DNA from: a virus
Taxonomy: Duplodnaviria; Caudoviricetes
Virus record (IMG/VR): IMGVR_UViG_3300029288_007054
Span: 1 to 64,000 of that record
Direction: 5' to 3' (one strand)
DNA: 64,000 bases
Position 1 is the first letter of the stretch; every line of letters starts with the position of its first letter. The notes beneath the pieces were generated by a model. It was not told where the DNA came from. It was given only the letters and a program-made list of their open reading frames with translations, and made no database searches. The position numbers were made by a program, and so were the translations under genes. Below are positions 28,675-39,109 of this stretch, piece by piece.

Positions 28675-30612
28675 CTATTTCAGCATGTCAAGGAATTCCT
28701 TTTCTGTTATTATCTTTATTCCTAATTTTCCAGCTTTTTCCTTCTTAGACCCACTATCTTCACCACAGATAAGATAATCCAGCTTCGAACCAACCGACCC
28801 AGAAATCTTGCCACCGTTGGACTCAATCATCTTCTGAATATCATTCCTAGGTTGACTAAGTGTGCCTGTAATACAAAAGCTTTTACCATTAAGGCTATTG
28901 CTATCAAGCTTAAGTTGGGCTATTTTTACATATTTAAGAAGCTCTTCAATTTCTTTCCTTTGTTCATTCCAACCCTCAAGGAAAGACATGGTTTTTGTAT
29001 TAGCAAACCCCGGAATTTTCAAAATATCTTTAGGAGTAAGATTATCAACGTCTTTAACGGTAGGAGCAATCGCCGTAATATCTTTAGCCATTGTTCCAAT
29101 TTTACCAATTCCAAGTGCCTCAATAAATTTTGCAAGGGTTATTTCTCTAACTGAATCAATAGATTCATATATCTTCTCTGAAGCCCTATCTCCAAACATA
29201 TCTGCTAGTTTTTGTTTTAAACCAGACAATTTATACATATCAGAAATTGACTTGACCATATTTGATGAAGTGAGCTCTGAAATAATTCCGGGACCAATAC
29301 CTTTAACGTCCAACTTTTTAAACCAGTTTTCTATAGTTCCGTCAATCTGTGCAGAGCAAAATTCGTTATCACAGATTCTGCTAATTTTAGTTTCATCCCA
29401 TTCCATCTGCTTACCACAACAAGGACATTTATCAGGATACTTAATTAATGCGCCCGTACCGTCCTTAACCATTGAGATAACCTTAGGAATTATATCTCCA
29501 GCCTTTGCAACTATGACTTCGGCACCCAAACGAGTAATACCTAGTCTCTCAATTTCCCTGTAGTTATGAAGACTAACCCTCTTAACAGTCGTCCCTGCCA
29601 GTTGAATTGCTTTTAGTAAACCAACGGGCGTAGCGACCCCTGTCCTTCCCATACTGTCTTCAATACCTTCCAATATGGTTTTACCTTTTTCCGTTTCAAA
29701 CTTAACTGCCCTATGTGCCTTAGGCCTCTTACCGCCATCTGATGTTCCCATTGATTCAGCCCATTCGACATCATTAAGCTTAAAAACAATTCCATCAACA
29801 TCAAAAGGAAGTTTCCCCCTGTCAAACATACCCATATATTTTTTAATAGCCCTAACAACGTCTTCGGTACTTCGACCCTTGCAATTAATTTTCTTAGTAT
29901 ATTCTTTCAACGTCTCAAACTTATTGTCAACAAGATACTTTTGTTTATCTTCTTCTGTCTTAAAGTCTATGCCTCTGACTTCATAAGCGATAAAATTAAG
30001 GCCTCTCTCTTTTGTAACAAGGGGATCTTTTTGATTAATGGCACCAGCTGTAAAATTTCTAGGGTTCTTAGGTTTCTTGCCGTTGATAAGTCTGTTTGCC
30101 CAATTCTTATAAAAATCTTGCCTATTCTTGTAAACCTCACCTTTAACTTCTACGTAGCCCTTGGAATCTACCCTATGTTTAACACCGTCAATATGCATGG
30201 CATTAGGGGTAAAATCAAAACCAGATTCTCCGTCGCCTCTTGTTACTGCCTGTATCAATTTCCCATCTTGATACTTCAAACAAAAAGAACTTCCATCTAC
30301 CTTAAGTTCCAAAACTGCGATCACTTTATCAATCTCTTTACTAAATGTCCTGTCAAACCAAATCCCAAAATCATCTGGGTTAGGATCTTTATTGAGCGAT
30401 CCCATAATATACTGATGTTTTACCTTGGTTCCGTAAATATGTTCTTCGTCTATTCCACCAACCTGAGCGAAAAAGGGGTTATCTGGGTCGAGCTTTTTAA
30501 CCTCCGCATATTCTTCGTCATATTGATCGTCTGTAAGAGGAGAATCACCTGAGGTTTCATATAATTTAGCACATTTTCTAAGTAACGCAATTCTTTCATC
30601 AATTGACTTCAT
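28675..30612 (-). CDS. ligA: NAD+-dependent DNA ligase
   Basis: ELKVDG (KxDG), TRGDG, EVKGE, NPRN, DGIVFK, Zn finger, HhH, BRCT (FCITGTL). Confidence 0.95.
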   Translation of the reverse strand: MKSIDERIALLRKCAKLYETSGDSPLTDDQYDEEYAEVKKLDPDNPFFAQVGGIDEEHIYGTKVKHQYIMGSLNKDPNPDDFGIWFDRTFSKEIDKVIAVLELKVDGSSFCLKYQDGKLIQAVTRGDGESGFDFTPNAMHIDGVKHRVDSKGYVEVKGEVYKNRQDFYKNWANRLINGKKPKNPRNFTAGAINQKDPLVTKERGLNFIAYEVRGIDFKTEEDKQKYLVDNKFETLKEYTKKINCKGRSTEDVVRAIKKYMGMFDRGKLPFDVDGIVFKLNDVEWAESMGTSDGGKRPKAHRAVKFETEKGKTILEGIEDSMGRTGVATPVGLLKAIQLAGTTVKRVSLHNYREIERLGITRLGAEVIVAKAGDIIPKVISMVKDGTGALIKYPDKCPCCGKQMEWDETKISRICDNEFCSAQIDGTIENWFKKLDVKGIGPGIISELTSSNMVKSISDMYKLSGLKQKLADMFGDRASEKIYESIDSVREITLAKFIEALGIGKIGTMAKDITAIAPTVKDVDNLTPKDILKIPGFANTKTMSFLEGWNEQRKEIEELLKYVKIAQLKLDSNSLNGKSFCITGTLSQPRNDIQKMIESNGGKISGSVGSKLDYLICGEDSGSKKEKAGKLGIKIITEKEFLDMLK

Positions 30613-30671
30613 ATCTTCCCCTTTCTTTATTATGCAACCACTCTATCATAACCGAATGATGAAGTCAAGCG

Positions 30672-31115
30672 CTATTTTAAAGATTTTTCAACAGAATATT
30701 TGATGAAATTCTCTATATCTTCTTCGGTCAGGTCTTTCAAAGGAACAGACATTTTCTTGGCTATGGCTGCTTTGGTTTTCTCATTTGGACAGAATTTCCA
30801 TCCTAATCCATTCTCATTTGTAGTCGTTTCAATTTCTGGATTCCATTCTTGGGACTCCATTAACGTAAATGGAGTCTGCGAAAATGAACAATGGCAGAAC
30901 CCCTCCTCCAGTATATCTTTTCTAGCTATTTCGTCCTTAGCCTGTTTCATTGCCTTAACTTTATTTCTAGCCTCATTTAATATCCCAACCGTGATAACAC
31001 TTTGAAAATATGAGACATAACGTTTGTTTTTATTCATTTGTAACCCTTTCTTAGTGACCCTATTACATCTAAGCTTAACATGGATATATGATAGGCTATT
31101 CCATTCTAAAAACAA
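30672..31115 (-). CDS. hypothetical protein
   Basis: ORF track. Confidence 0.6.
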   Translation of the reverse strand: MFLEWNSLSYIHVKLRCNRVTKKGLQMNKNKRYVSYFQSVITVGILNEARNKVKAMKQAKDEIARKDILEEGFCHCSFSQTPFTLMESQEWNPEIETTTNENGLGWKFCPNEKTKAAIAKKMSVPLKDLTEEDIENFIKYSVEKSLK

Positions 31116-31116
31116 G

Positions 31117-32811
31117 TTATTTTTTTAGAACAATCTCGATTACATTAATGGCTGGATAAATAAACGACTGTGGAAACGAGAAGTAAATATCTGCCTTCTG
31201 TCCTGATATCTCTGTTCCCAAATCATCTGAAAACATCTTAAACTTGACATCTGTTCTGACACCATTTTTAGATACATAAAAAGATAATATTTTCCAATCG
31301 TCTCTTTCAAAAAGACTAGGCTCAACAATTGTAGCGTCAGAAAGAAGAAACACTGGCTCCGGGTTATGCTGATTGCAATAGGGATAAAGACTGTTTTTTA
31401 GCTTTTCTGCATTTACAAGCGTAACGGATTGAGGTTTTAATTCTACATCATAATATTTAATTTCCTCAGGTCTTCCATGAATTTTATAGTAGCTTTCACA
31501 CGCCTTATTCAGTGCGTCGTTTACGTTATTCAGTGCATGGGGCTTAATAGTAACACCAGCAGCCAATGCATGGCCACCATAATTTTCAAATACATGTTTA
31601 CAGCTATCGAGAATTTCTTTTAGGTTGACGTTTTCCAATGACCTTCCGCTTCCTTTAATGACCTCTCCATTTTTTCCCATTACGATTGCTGGTCTGCAAA
31701 ATTTTTCTACTAGCCTCGAAGCAACCAGCCCAACTAACCCTATAGGCCATTCTGGGTTATATATTGCTATAGCATTAGGAAATTTATCTATATTGGCTTC
31801 TACTTCTAGCATTGCCTCTTTCTCATATTTTCGCTGTTTCTTTTTCCTCTCGCTATTATGCTCATTTAAATTCTGAGCCATTAGATCAGATATTTCTGGA
31901 CTTTGTTCTATCAACAGCTTATAGGCCATATCTGGTTTAGAGAGACGACCAACAGCATTTATTCTTGGAGCTATCTTAAATAGAACATCTTCCTGACTTA
32001 ATGAAGAGTCTCTTATACCCGAATTTCTAATCAAAGCATTAAGCCCCGATGCGACCACATTATTGAGGCATCCATTCTCTAATCCGTTTTTTACAATAAT
32101 TCTATTATCTCCAATAATGGGGCTTACATCTGCCAATATTCCAATAGCAGCATAACTCAGAAATTCAATTGGATTCACTTTTTTTGTTAGCCATCTAATA
32201 CCACGAATAAAATGAAAGACTTCTCCACAGGCACATGTATCTTGAAAATCGCACAAATGCCAGTTGATAAGAACATCTGCAGATTTAGAAATCTTTTCTT
32301 TATCTACAATGTGGTGATCTATTATAATAACTTTCTTGATCCCCCACTCTTTCAATTCTTTAATCTCTGATTCGTTATTAGATCCGCAATCCGTTATTAT
32401 AAGCAAGTCGGGAGGTTCTGTAAACATTTTTTTAAAAGATATTAGTGCCTTATGATTTAAACCATAACCATGTTCTATACGAGAAGGAAGAAACGCTTTA
32501 CATTCTAGTTGAAAAATATTACAGAGCTGTTTTATCATGGTGGCAGAGACTATCCCATCTGCGTCAAAATCCCCCATAATAGCGACCTTCTCTTTTTTAA
32601 GGGCCGATTGACAAAACATAAGAGCAGCTGCTTCTACACCCTTAAGATTATATGGATGGGATAAATCGTTATAATTAGAATGTATGAACTTTGATGCGTT
32701 CTCTAGTTTAATATTCCTTTGGGAAAGCAAACGTGCCAAAATCGGTGAATGCCCTTGTTTCAACAATTCTGCTTCTTTGGCTTTGTCATTTAATCTTCTT
32801 TTCCACTTCAT
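31117..32811 (-). CDS. recJ: single-stranded DNA exonuclease RecJ
   Basis: GDFDADG, EHGYGL, TDCGS, IDHH, APRINAVGRL, GSGRS, GGHALAAG; start reassigned to 32811. Confidence 0.93.
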   Translation of the reverse strand: MKWKRRLNDKAKEAELLKQGHSPILARLLSQRNIKLENASKFIHSNYNDLSHPYNLKGVEAAALMFCQSALKKEKVAIMGDFDADGIVSATMIKQLCNIFQLECKAFLPSRIEHGYGLNHKALISFKKMFTEPPDLLIITDCGSNNESEIKELKEWGIKKVIIIDHHIVDKEKISKSADVLINWHLCDFQDTCACGEVFHFIRGIRWLTKKVNPIEFLSYAAIGILADVSPIIGDNRIIVKNGLENGCLNNVVASGLNALIRNSGIRDSSLSQEDVLFKIAPRINAVGRLSKPDMAYKLLIEQSPEISDLMAQNLNEHNSERKKKQRKYEKEAMLEVEANIDKFPNAIAIYNPEWPIGLVGLVASRLVEKFCRPAIVMGKNGEVIKGSGRSLENVNLKEILDSCKHVFENYGGHALAAGVTIKPHALNNVNDALNKACESYYKIHGRPEEIKYYDVELKPQSVTLVNAEKLKNSLYPYCNQHNPEPVFLLSDATIVEPSLFERDDWKILSFYVSKNGVRTDVKFKMFSDDLGTEISGQKADIYFSFPQSFIYPAINVIEIVLKK

Positions 32812-32899
32812 ACCCCATATTATACAAAAAAGTATATTATCTATAACAACTTTATAAAGAAAAAGATGTAGGTTTTTCAAGCATTTTTGTTGAAATATT

Positions 32900-33208
32900 A
32901 TGAATATGAAATACCCAGTAAAGAAAAAGATCAGAAAAGAAATGAACAGATCTGGCGTTCAAATATGCCCCATTTGCTTAGAAAATCAGATATTAGTTGA
33001 ACATCATATAAACGGAAGAGATATTCCAAATGCAAACCACCCTTCTAATGTAGCCTATATCTGTTGCAATTGTCATAACAAAATTCATCATGGCATTATC
33101 ATTATTGAAGGATGGTTTACGACCACAAAAGGTAAAGAATTGTTATGGCATTATGTTGAAGAATCATCTTTCAGTGGACAAAATGCTCAACCCCATATAA
33201 TAGGATAA
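32900..33208 (+). CDS. small HNH endonuclease
   Basis: CPIC...EHHING...N...ICCNCHNKIH. Confidence 0.75.
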   Translation: MNMKYPVKKKIRKEMNRSGVQICPICLENQILVEHHINGRDIPNANHPSNVAYICCNCHNKIHHGIIIIEGWFTTTKGKELLWHYVEESSFSGQNAQPHIIG

Positions 33209-33212
33209 AGCT

Positions 33213-35069
33213 ATGGCTATCATTCCAGTAGTAAATGCATGTGCTACATCACGAGCCAGTGGCCTGTCTTTAGACTTAAGCGAACTTTACCAATTTGCAC
33301 CTTTTAATAGTTTTGACCCCTCGAAAGATTTATTTGGTCCACAAGAAAACAATCAGTGGAAATCAAAATTTACACCAGTACTTCCAGAGCATCCCATCAG
33401 ACTTAACGCAGATCTGGGTGCTGAATATGACATAGCTTATATACGCTATGTCAACTCTCATGATAGGGGAGGAGAAACAATCTGGGGTATTAATCATTTA
33501 AGAGTATATGGCGCAAAAGATACCTCAGAAGGATTAACGGCATATAACGAGGTTAGGGCATCTTTCTACGCTGGTTTAACCTTGCTCACAAATGGAACTG
33601 TAACTTTAGATAAACACGTTGACCTTAAAGATAACGCCAATGCTGATTTGTTAAACACCTTTATTACTCTGTCATTGCCGAATCATGGATTATATAGATA
33701 CTATATTTTTGAGATAGATGATGCATTCTATAGTCCTCCAATGTGGATGGGCATAAGACGAATCGAACTGATAAATGAATCGTCATCATCTTCCTCGTCA
33801 AGCATTAGCTCTTCATCAAATAGCTCTTCGGAAAGCTCAAGTTCTTCAGAAAGTAGTTCTAGCTCAAAAAGCGATTCTAGCAAAAGTTCAAGTTCATCGG
33901 AAAGCTCAAGCAGCTCAAGCAATAGCTCCTCTGAATCTAGTTCTTCATCTGTATCCTCAAGCTCTAGTAGCTTCTCAAGCTCAAGTTCTTCCGAAAGCTC
34001 AAGTTCTTCTGAAAGCTCAAGCTCAGAAAGCGATAACCCAAGTTCAAGTTCTTCTGAAAGTTCAAGTTCTTCTAGCTCTTCTGAAAGTTCAAGTTCTTCT
34101 AGCACATTTATTAGAAGCTCTTCATCTTCCAGTTCTTCGTCTTCCAGTTCTTCAAGTACATTTATTAGAAGCTCTTCGTCTTCAAGTGGTTCTCCCGGCT
34201 TTACATTTACTATTGCTACAACATCAAGTCCTCAAACATTTACCTTACCGCTAATAAATACTGGTAGTTTTAACTGTACTGTAGACTGGGGTGATAATTC
34301 TACTTCTACAATTACGGCATGGGATGATGCCGCTAAAGTGCATTCATATGCTAATGCTGGAACATATACAGTAATAATAAATGGTGCTTGCGGTGGATTT
34401 GCATTTAATAATGGTGGAGATAAAACATTAATAAATACCGTTATTTCTTGGGGAAGAAATTGTAACTTTAATACGTTAAATTTTTATGGATGTAGTAATT
34501 TGACTACTTTACCTAGTGGGGATGAAGAACAAGGTAGACTAAGTACTGTAACAACATTCTTAAATTGTTTTTATAATTGTTTAAAATTAACCTCAATACC
34601 ATCGGGCTTATTTAATGATAATACTACCGCAACTAATTTTGCTAATTGTTTTGTGAATTGCTGGCCACTAACCTCAATACCGTCAGACTTATTTAATGAT
34701 AATACTACTGCAACTAATTTCTCCTATTGTTTTTATTATTGTACTTCTTTAAAAGCAATACCTTCCGGTTTATTTGATAATAATATTAGCGTAACTAATT
34801 TTACTGGTTGTTTTGCTGAAATTGGCAATCCGCTGGTTTCTTTAGCTCCTGAATTATGGACAAGAACTGGACCTACCCCAACTGGAACAGATTGTTTTGC
34901 AAATGACACTAAATTGGCAAATTATGACTCTATACCAGAAAGTTGGGGTGGACCTTTGGTTAGCAGCTCAAGTTCTTCTAATAGTTCCTCAAGTAGTTCT
35001 GAAAGCTCAAGTAGCTCTAATAGTTCTAATAGTTCAAGTTCTTCAAGTAGTAGTTCGCATCCTATATAA
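33213..35069 (+). CDS. surface/virion protein: discoidin-like N-domain, poly-Ser linker, PKD-like domain, BspA-type LRR repeats
   Basis: W..DLG..Y.I discoidin-like pattern; long poly-Ser tract; VDWGD...HSY...GTYTV; LTSIPSGLF repeats. Confidence 0.75.
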   Translation: MAIIPVVNACATSRASGLSLDLSELYQFAPFNSFDPSKDLFGPQENNQWKSKFTPVLPEHPIRLNADLGAEYDIAYIRYVNSHDRGGETIWGINHLRVYGAKDTSEGLTAYNEVRASFYAGLTLLTNGTVTLDKHVDLKDNANADLLNTFITLSLPNHGLYRYYIFEIDDAFYSPPMWMGIRRIELINESSSSSSSSISSSSNSSSESSSSSESSSSSKSDSSKSSSSSESSSSSSNSSSESSSSSVSSSSSSFSSSSSSESSSSSESSSSESDNPSSSSSESSSSSSSSESSSSSSTFIRSSSSSSSSSSSSSSTFIRSSSSSSGSPGFTFTIATTSSPQTFTLPLINTGSFNCTVDWGDNSTSTITAWDDAAKVHSYANAGTYTVIINGACGGFAFNNGGDKTLINTVISWGRNCNFNTLNFYGCSNLTTLPSGDEEQGRLSTVTTFLNCFYNCLKLTSIPSGLFNDNTTATNFANCFVNCWPLTSIPSDLFNDNTTATNFSYCFYYCTSLKAIPSGLFDNNISVTNFTGCFAEIGNPLVSLAPELWTRTGPTPTGTDCFANDTKLANYDSIPESWGGPLVSSSSSSNSSSSSSESSSSSNSSNSSSSSSSSSHPI

Positions 35070-35084
35070 ATAAGGAGGTATATT

Positions 35085-35789
35085 ATGTGGTTTAGTAAAT
35101 ACAAAAAAACAGATTTTAGCGGGGGCGATTTGCATAAAGATCCAGAACCACTAATGGAAAGTAGGGCTTTCTATGCATCTCCTCAATTTGTAGCTCCTAG
35201 AAGAATGGACTCAAGGGATATGTGCTTACGATCCTCTAATCAAGGACAAACACCTCACTGCGCTGGCTATTCAACAGCCGGATTTATTGAAGTTTTTAAT
35301 TGGCGCACAAAACATTACCCTGAACAATGCGATGGCGATCTAATATACACAGAAGCAAAAAAATTAGATGGTATGCCCCAAGTTAACGGAACAATATTAA
35401 GATGCGCAGGACAGGGCGCTATAAATGCGGGTTTGATTAAGGGTGTAGTAAAACAGGTGCCTAAAACAGAAATGGATATACAATTTGCAATACATACTTA
35501 CGGTGTGTGCGTAGCTGGGTTTATGATCACCGACGAGTGGAATTTAGTGGAGAAAACTACGGGAAAAATTAGTAACTTTGGAGATAAAGCAAGGATAATT
35601 GGCGGACATGCTTTGCTTTTAGCAGGATATTCTGACGAAGGAATCTACATACAAAACTCTTGGGGAGAGGAATGGGGTATTTATGGTTTCGGCATACTCT
35701 CATGGGAACAGTTTAATAAGCAAATAATGGATGCAATGGTCATAGTCCCCGAAGTATGGACACCGGAAAATTCAGTTAGAGCTGCGTAA
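35085..35789 (+). CDS. papain-like (C1A) cysteine peptidase
   Basis: NQGQTPHCAGYS (Gln/Cys), GGHALLLAGY (His), IQNSWG (Asn). Confidence 0.88.
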   Translation: MWFSKYKKTDFSGGDLHKDPEPLMESRAFYASPQFVAPRRMDSRDMCLRSSNQGQTPHCAGYSTAGFIEVFNWRTKHYPEQCDGDLIYTEAKKLDGMPQVNGTILRCAGQGAINAGLIKGVVKQVPKTEMDIQFAIHTYGVCVAGFMITDEWNLVEKTTGKISNFGDKARIIGGHALLLAGYSDEGIYIQNSWGEEWGIYGFGILSWEQFNKQIMDAMVIVPEVWTPENSVRAA

Positions 35790-36674
35790 TTTAAGTTTGC
35801 CCCATCTTCTTAAATTGTGGTCATCTCTAATGCCATTTTTGATTAAACATCTACTAACTGATGTTTGTCCACAACTTAATTTCTTAGCAATATCAATCTG
35901 TTTAAAACCTTTTTTATGCAGAGCCAAAATATCCCGACGCATTTTAGCCCATTTCTCTTTATTTTCTTGAACTCTATTTGGTTCAAGTTTACGCAACCTA
36001 AATACAACAGATGCACTATTATATCCAAGTTTTTTAGCTATTTGAACGGAATTAAGTTTTTTCTTTCTTAATTTGATAATCTTCTTTATATCTAATTTTT
36101 GAACACCATTATAGTTAGCAACCTTAAAATCAATTTTATCCTTCAGCTTCTTAAATTTCTCCACGTCTATTTGTTCCGTAATGTGACAATTTTTACACAA
36201 AACGTCACATTTCTTAATTTCATCAAGAAGCTTTTGAGGTATTTTCAGAAAAACCCTTTTAGAATGATAAGATCTATATATATTTAATTGTTTATCCTTT
36301 CTATCTCTATGATGAAACTCTAAACTAACAGCACTTTTGCCCTTATACCCACATCTACTACAACTATCCTGACCCTTTATTTTTAGCAACATTTCTTTAT
36401 TGGGATTGCTTATAGGATAATGCTCTTCCATATGACAGTTTGCACATAAAAGAATACATTTTTTAACTTCTTTCAGTGCTACATCCCAGTGTTTATTAAT
36501 CATTGAGTTAATTATGTCTTCTTTATCTTTCGTATGATGAAATGCCAAGACAAAGACATTATCATTTCCACACTTTTCGCATTTGCCTCCAAGCAAGTTT
36601 GTAGCCTTTATCTTCTTCGCCCATCTTCTAATAAAACTATCTTTTCTATCTTGGGCGTTAGACCTTTTCTTCAC
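35772..36674 (-). CDS. homing endonuclease with two HNH-like Zn domains and C-terminal HTHs
   Basis: GGKCEKCG..LAFHH..KCILLCANCH and CSRCG..LEFHH..KCDVLCKNCH; GTG start overlapping the upstream stop (GTGA). Confidence 0.85.
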   Translation of the reverse strand: MKKRSNAQDRKDSFIRRWAKKIKATNLLGGKCEKCGNDNVFVLAFHHTKDKEDIINSMINKHWDVALKEVKKCILLCANCHMEEHYPISNPNKEMLLKIKGQDSCSRCGYKGKSAVSLEFHHRDRKDKQLNIYRSYHSKRVFLKIPQKLLDEIKKCDVLCKNCHITEQIDVEKFKKLKDKIDFKVANYNGVQKLDIKKIIKLRKKKLNSVQIAKKLGYNSASVVFRLRKLEPNRVQENKEKWAKMRRDILALHKKGFKQIDIAKKLSCGQTSVSRCLIKNGIRDDHNLRRWGKLKLRSSN

Positions 36675-36835
36675 TTTACTACCTCCCCTAAAATACCCCT
36701 TAAAAGGTCTTCTATGTGTTCGGGTAGGGTTTGGTCTAGCTCTTCCTTTATAATCAATTGTGCGTCAAGGTGATGCATTCTTAAGTTTTCTATCATGGCT
36801 TTAGCTTCCTGCGTTATATTGACTTCTACTAACAT
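36671..36835 (-). CDS. 54-aa small protein, possible ribbon-helix-helix regulator (copy 2; absent from ORF track)
   Basis: Manual translation MLVEVNITQEAKAMIENLRMHHLDAQLIIKEELDQTLPEHIEDLLRGILGEVVK; AGGGAG SD; homologous to 1996-2157. Confidence 0.8.
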   Translation of the reverse strand: MLVEVNITQEAKAMIENLRMHHLDAQLIIKEELDQTLPEHIEDLLRGILGEVVK

Positions 36836-37003
36836 GGCGGTTCACTCCCTAGAAAAAGCAGACCCCTTAGCATTATTACTATCTGATGAACCGCCAAGCC
36901 CGACAGGTAGTTACTAAAGGGTCTACTTATTATTCTATTTTAATTTACTAATACTAACAGACTTTGGCGATTCATCTGTATATATTATACAAGAAAAATC
37001 ACC
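36835..37003 (-). promoter_or_regulatory. sigma-70 promoter plus structured ~142-nt leader (copy 2)
   Basis: TGTATAAT (TATAAT at 36984-36989); GATGAATCGCCAA at 36964-36976; complement at 36885-36897; TGAACCGCCA at 36835-36844 between SD and ATG; stem arms 36914-36927/36857-36870 followed by a U-run. Confidence 0.7.
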
Positions 37004-37746
37004 TAAAATCCTTTAATTATTTTAATTAAATCTGTTACCATTATCGAGATTTTAGTCTGTTGTTCTGATGCTGGTAATTCCTCTACTGCATAGGCAAGTT
37101 GAGTTAATCGCTCCAGCAACATATCCCTGTAAGTCCTTGCCATATCAGCTAAGGCATTCTCTGTAGTTATTGACCCATCAGGATTGATGCAAATCTTTTT
37201 ATTTGGGGCACCCAGTATATCTTCAAGTTCCGCAATGGTTACTTGATTTCTAGCTGACTTCTCCACCTTTGGCTGTTGGGGTTGCCTTAAAACCCATTCT
37301 GAAAAATCCTCACAAGGTAAATCAAAATCGCAATCATCTTCTGTTTCTCCATCTTTAATTCTTGCGCAACTCTCGCAACTTCTCTCTTTTGGCTGTCGGG
37401 GTTGCCAGTATTGGCATGGTGAATGTATGTGGTCAGTTGCAGGAATACAACCATTATGATTCTTTCCGCAACTCTCGCAACTTCTCTCCGCCTTTGGCAT
37501 TGCAGGGGTGAACTTGGTGCAGCAACAAAATCCAGTAGGTTCTCGACATTCTTGTTTACGAAAGTGATTGCCTTCTGTATGTCCACACTCGCACACTTCA
37601 CTTTCTGCGGAGGGGGCGAGTACCCACAACAACGCCTGTTTTCTAACCTCAAGGAAAAGTCTTACTGCATCTGGATTCTTATGTGAATCGCCAAACAGTT
37701 CTTCAATCTCTTTTAACTCTGCCATTATCTCATTCTCTGCCTTCAT
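37003..37746 (-). CDS. Cys-rich modular hypothetical protein
   Basis: Repeated ERSCESC and (R/Q)QPK modules; CECGH..GNH Zn-like motif. Confidence 0.7.
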   Translation of the reverse strand: MKAENEIMAELKEIEELFGDSHKNPDAVRLFLEVRKQALLWVLAPSAESEVCECGHTEGNHFRKQECREPTGFCCCTKFTPAMPKAERSCESCGKNHNGCIPATDHIHSPCQYWQPRQPKERSCESCARIKDGETEDDCDFDLPCEDFSEWVLRQPQQPKVEKSARNQVTIAELEDILGAPNKKICINPDGSITTENALADMARTYRDMLLERLTQLAYAVEELPASEQQTKISIMVTDLIKIIKGF

Positions 37747-37780
37747 TTTGTTCTCCTACATTTAGCCGTCTTCCTATCAC

Positions 37781-38116
37781 TCATTTTTCAAACACCCATT
37801 CCTTCATAATTGTTTTTCCAGTATATTCAAAAACTTTCTTTTTATCATTGAGTTTATATTCTGCGGCCTCATAAGCCTTCCCAGTTTCAATAATTCGGTT
37901 TAAGGATAAATAAATCATATTTCTTTTAGGTTTCCCGTCCTTGGATAATGCTAAAAGATATTCAGACCCGTCGTGTGGCCCATTAACAAATTTAAAAGCA
38001 CCTGCCTTCCCTTCAGCCATTAAAGAATACATTGTGTCAACGGCTTCTTTTTTTTCGGCAGCAGACAAAGATTTATGAAATTTCTCAATATCGGCATCAT
38101 TTTTGTCAAAGTTCAT
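37781..38116 (-). CDS. hypothetical protein, paralog B of 6974-7309
   Basis: About 77% aa identity to the first copy by manual alignment; start reassigned to MNFDK. Confidence 0.8.
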   Translation of the reverse strand: MNFDKNDADIEKFHKSLSAAEKKEAVDTMYSLMAEGKAGAFKFVNGPHDGSEYLLALSKDGKPKRNMIYLSLNRIIETGKAYEAAEYKLNDKKKVFEYTGKTIMKEWVFEK

Positions 38117-38472
38117 TTTTACCCTCCCCAAAAAAAGGTCAATCGGCTATGGCTATAATTAACACAAAAATATCGTAGTCCATTTTATTCCTCTCTGTTC
38201 CTCTTTTTTAACTCTTTTTGCTGCTCTTTTGCTTTATCTGCGAATTCTTGGCTTACTTCATCGATGTATTCAGATTGATTCTCTAAGATCCATAATTCTT
38301 CTTGGCAATTTGAGCAAACGCCATTACTTGTTCTACCACCGCAATCTGGACAATAATTACTCATTTTGGTGTATTAGCAGGCACAAAATTAGTAAACGAG
38401 TTATTGTTCATTAGGGGCGGTCTTTCGTCTCCTACTATCGGATCAGGAGTAAAACAACCACCTAAAAATATA

Positions 38473-38870
38473 CTACCACTCACGCATATCACGATCAGAG
38501 CTCTTTTTACCATCTGCATAATCAAATTCCCTCCTATCCACTCTTAACAACTCATAACATTGTTGACATAGCCATTCGTGTCCTTCGTCGTTCCATCTTA
38601 AATTACCTTCTGTAAAACAAGCATCGCAAACTTCAGGTCTAGGTGGCTTTGTAAATTTATTCTTTTTCATTTTCCCTCGTCATAGTCCTCATAATCTTCA
38701 TCTAGCATTGCCTCAAATGCCTCTTGTTCCTCATATTCCCTTATTGCATCTTGCTCTTCTATATCAACTTGGCACAAATCGCAAATCCATTCGCCACAAT
38801 CCTTATTCCAATGTAATCCATCTTCTTCTCCGCAGCATTCGCATATCTTAGGTTTTGGGGATCGTGTCAT
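38473..38870 (-). other. tandem pair of paralogous small Zn-finger ORFs (38473-38670, 38667-38870)
   Basis: CDAC..GNLRWNDEGHEWLCQQC vs CECC..DGLHWNKDCGEWICDLC. Confidence 0.7.
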
Positions 38871-39109
38871 TGATTAAAACCCTATCTCTTTCTGGGTTTC
38901 ATCTTCTTCGTTTTTTTAGTCTTTGTTTTTGTTTTAACATAGCTTTCGAGAGCCGTATTAACTGCCCAATTAAGCAACGCTTTTTCATCATTAAGTATGT
39001 TTTTTTTAGCATAACGCAGCATAATCTGTTTTTCATCCTCAGGGATTTCTACTTCAAACTCTACATATTTAACCGATCTTTCTTCTAGGAATTGCATGTT
39101 TTTTTCTCC

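Noticed and set aside
33780-34200. Poly-Ser repeats as a possible CRISPR or repeat array
   Set aside because: Degenerate in-frame codon repeats inside a protein linker; no constant repeat with unique spacers. No CRISPR array or cas gene was seen in the window.
34590-34740. 75-bp near-duplicate as a possible DGR template/variable repeat
   Set aside because: Both copies are in-frame LRR units, the differences are not adenine-specific, and no reverse transcriptase is present in the window.
35772-36977. HEARO/IscB-type RNA-guided HNH system
   Set aside because: The nuclease has no RuvC or PLMP motifs, the leader is short, and the same leader precedes a GIY-YIG gene; a guide role for the terminated RNA has no support in the sequence.
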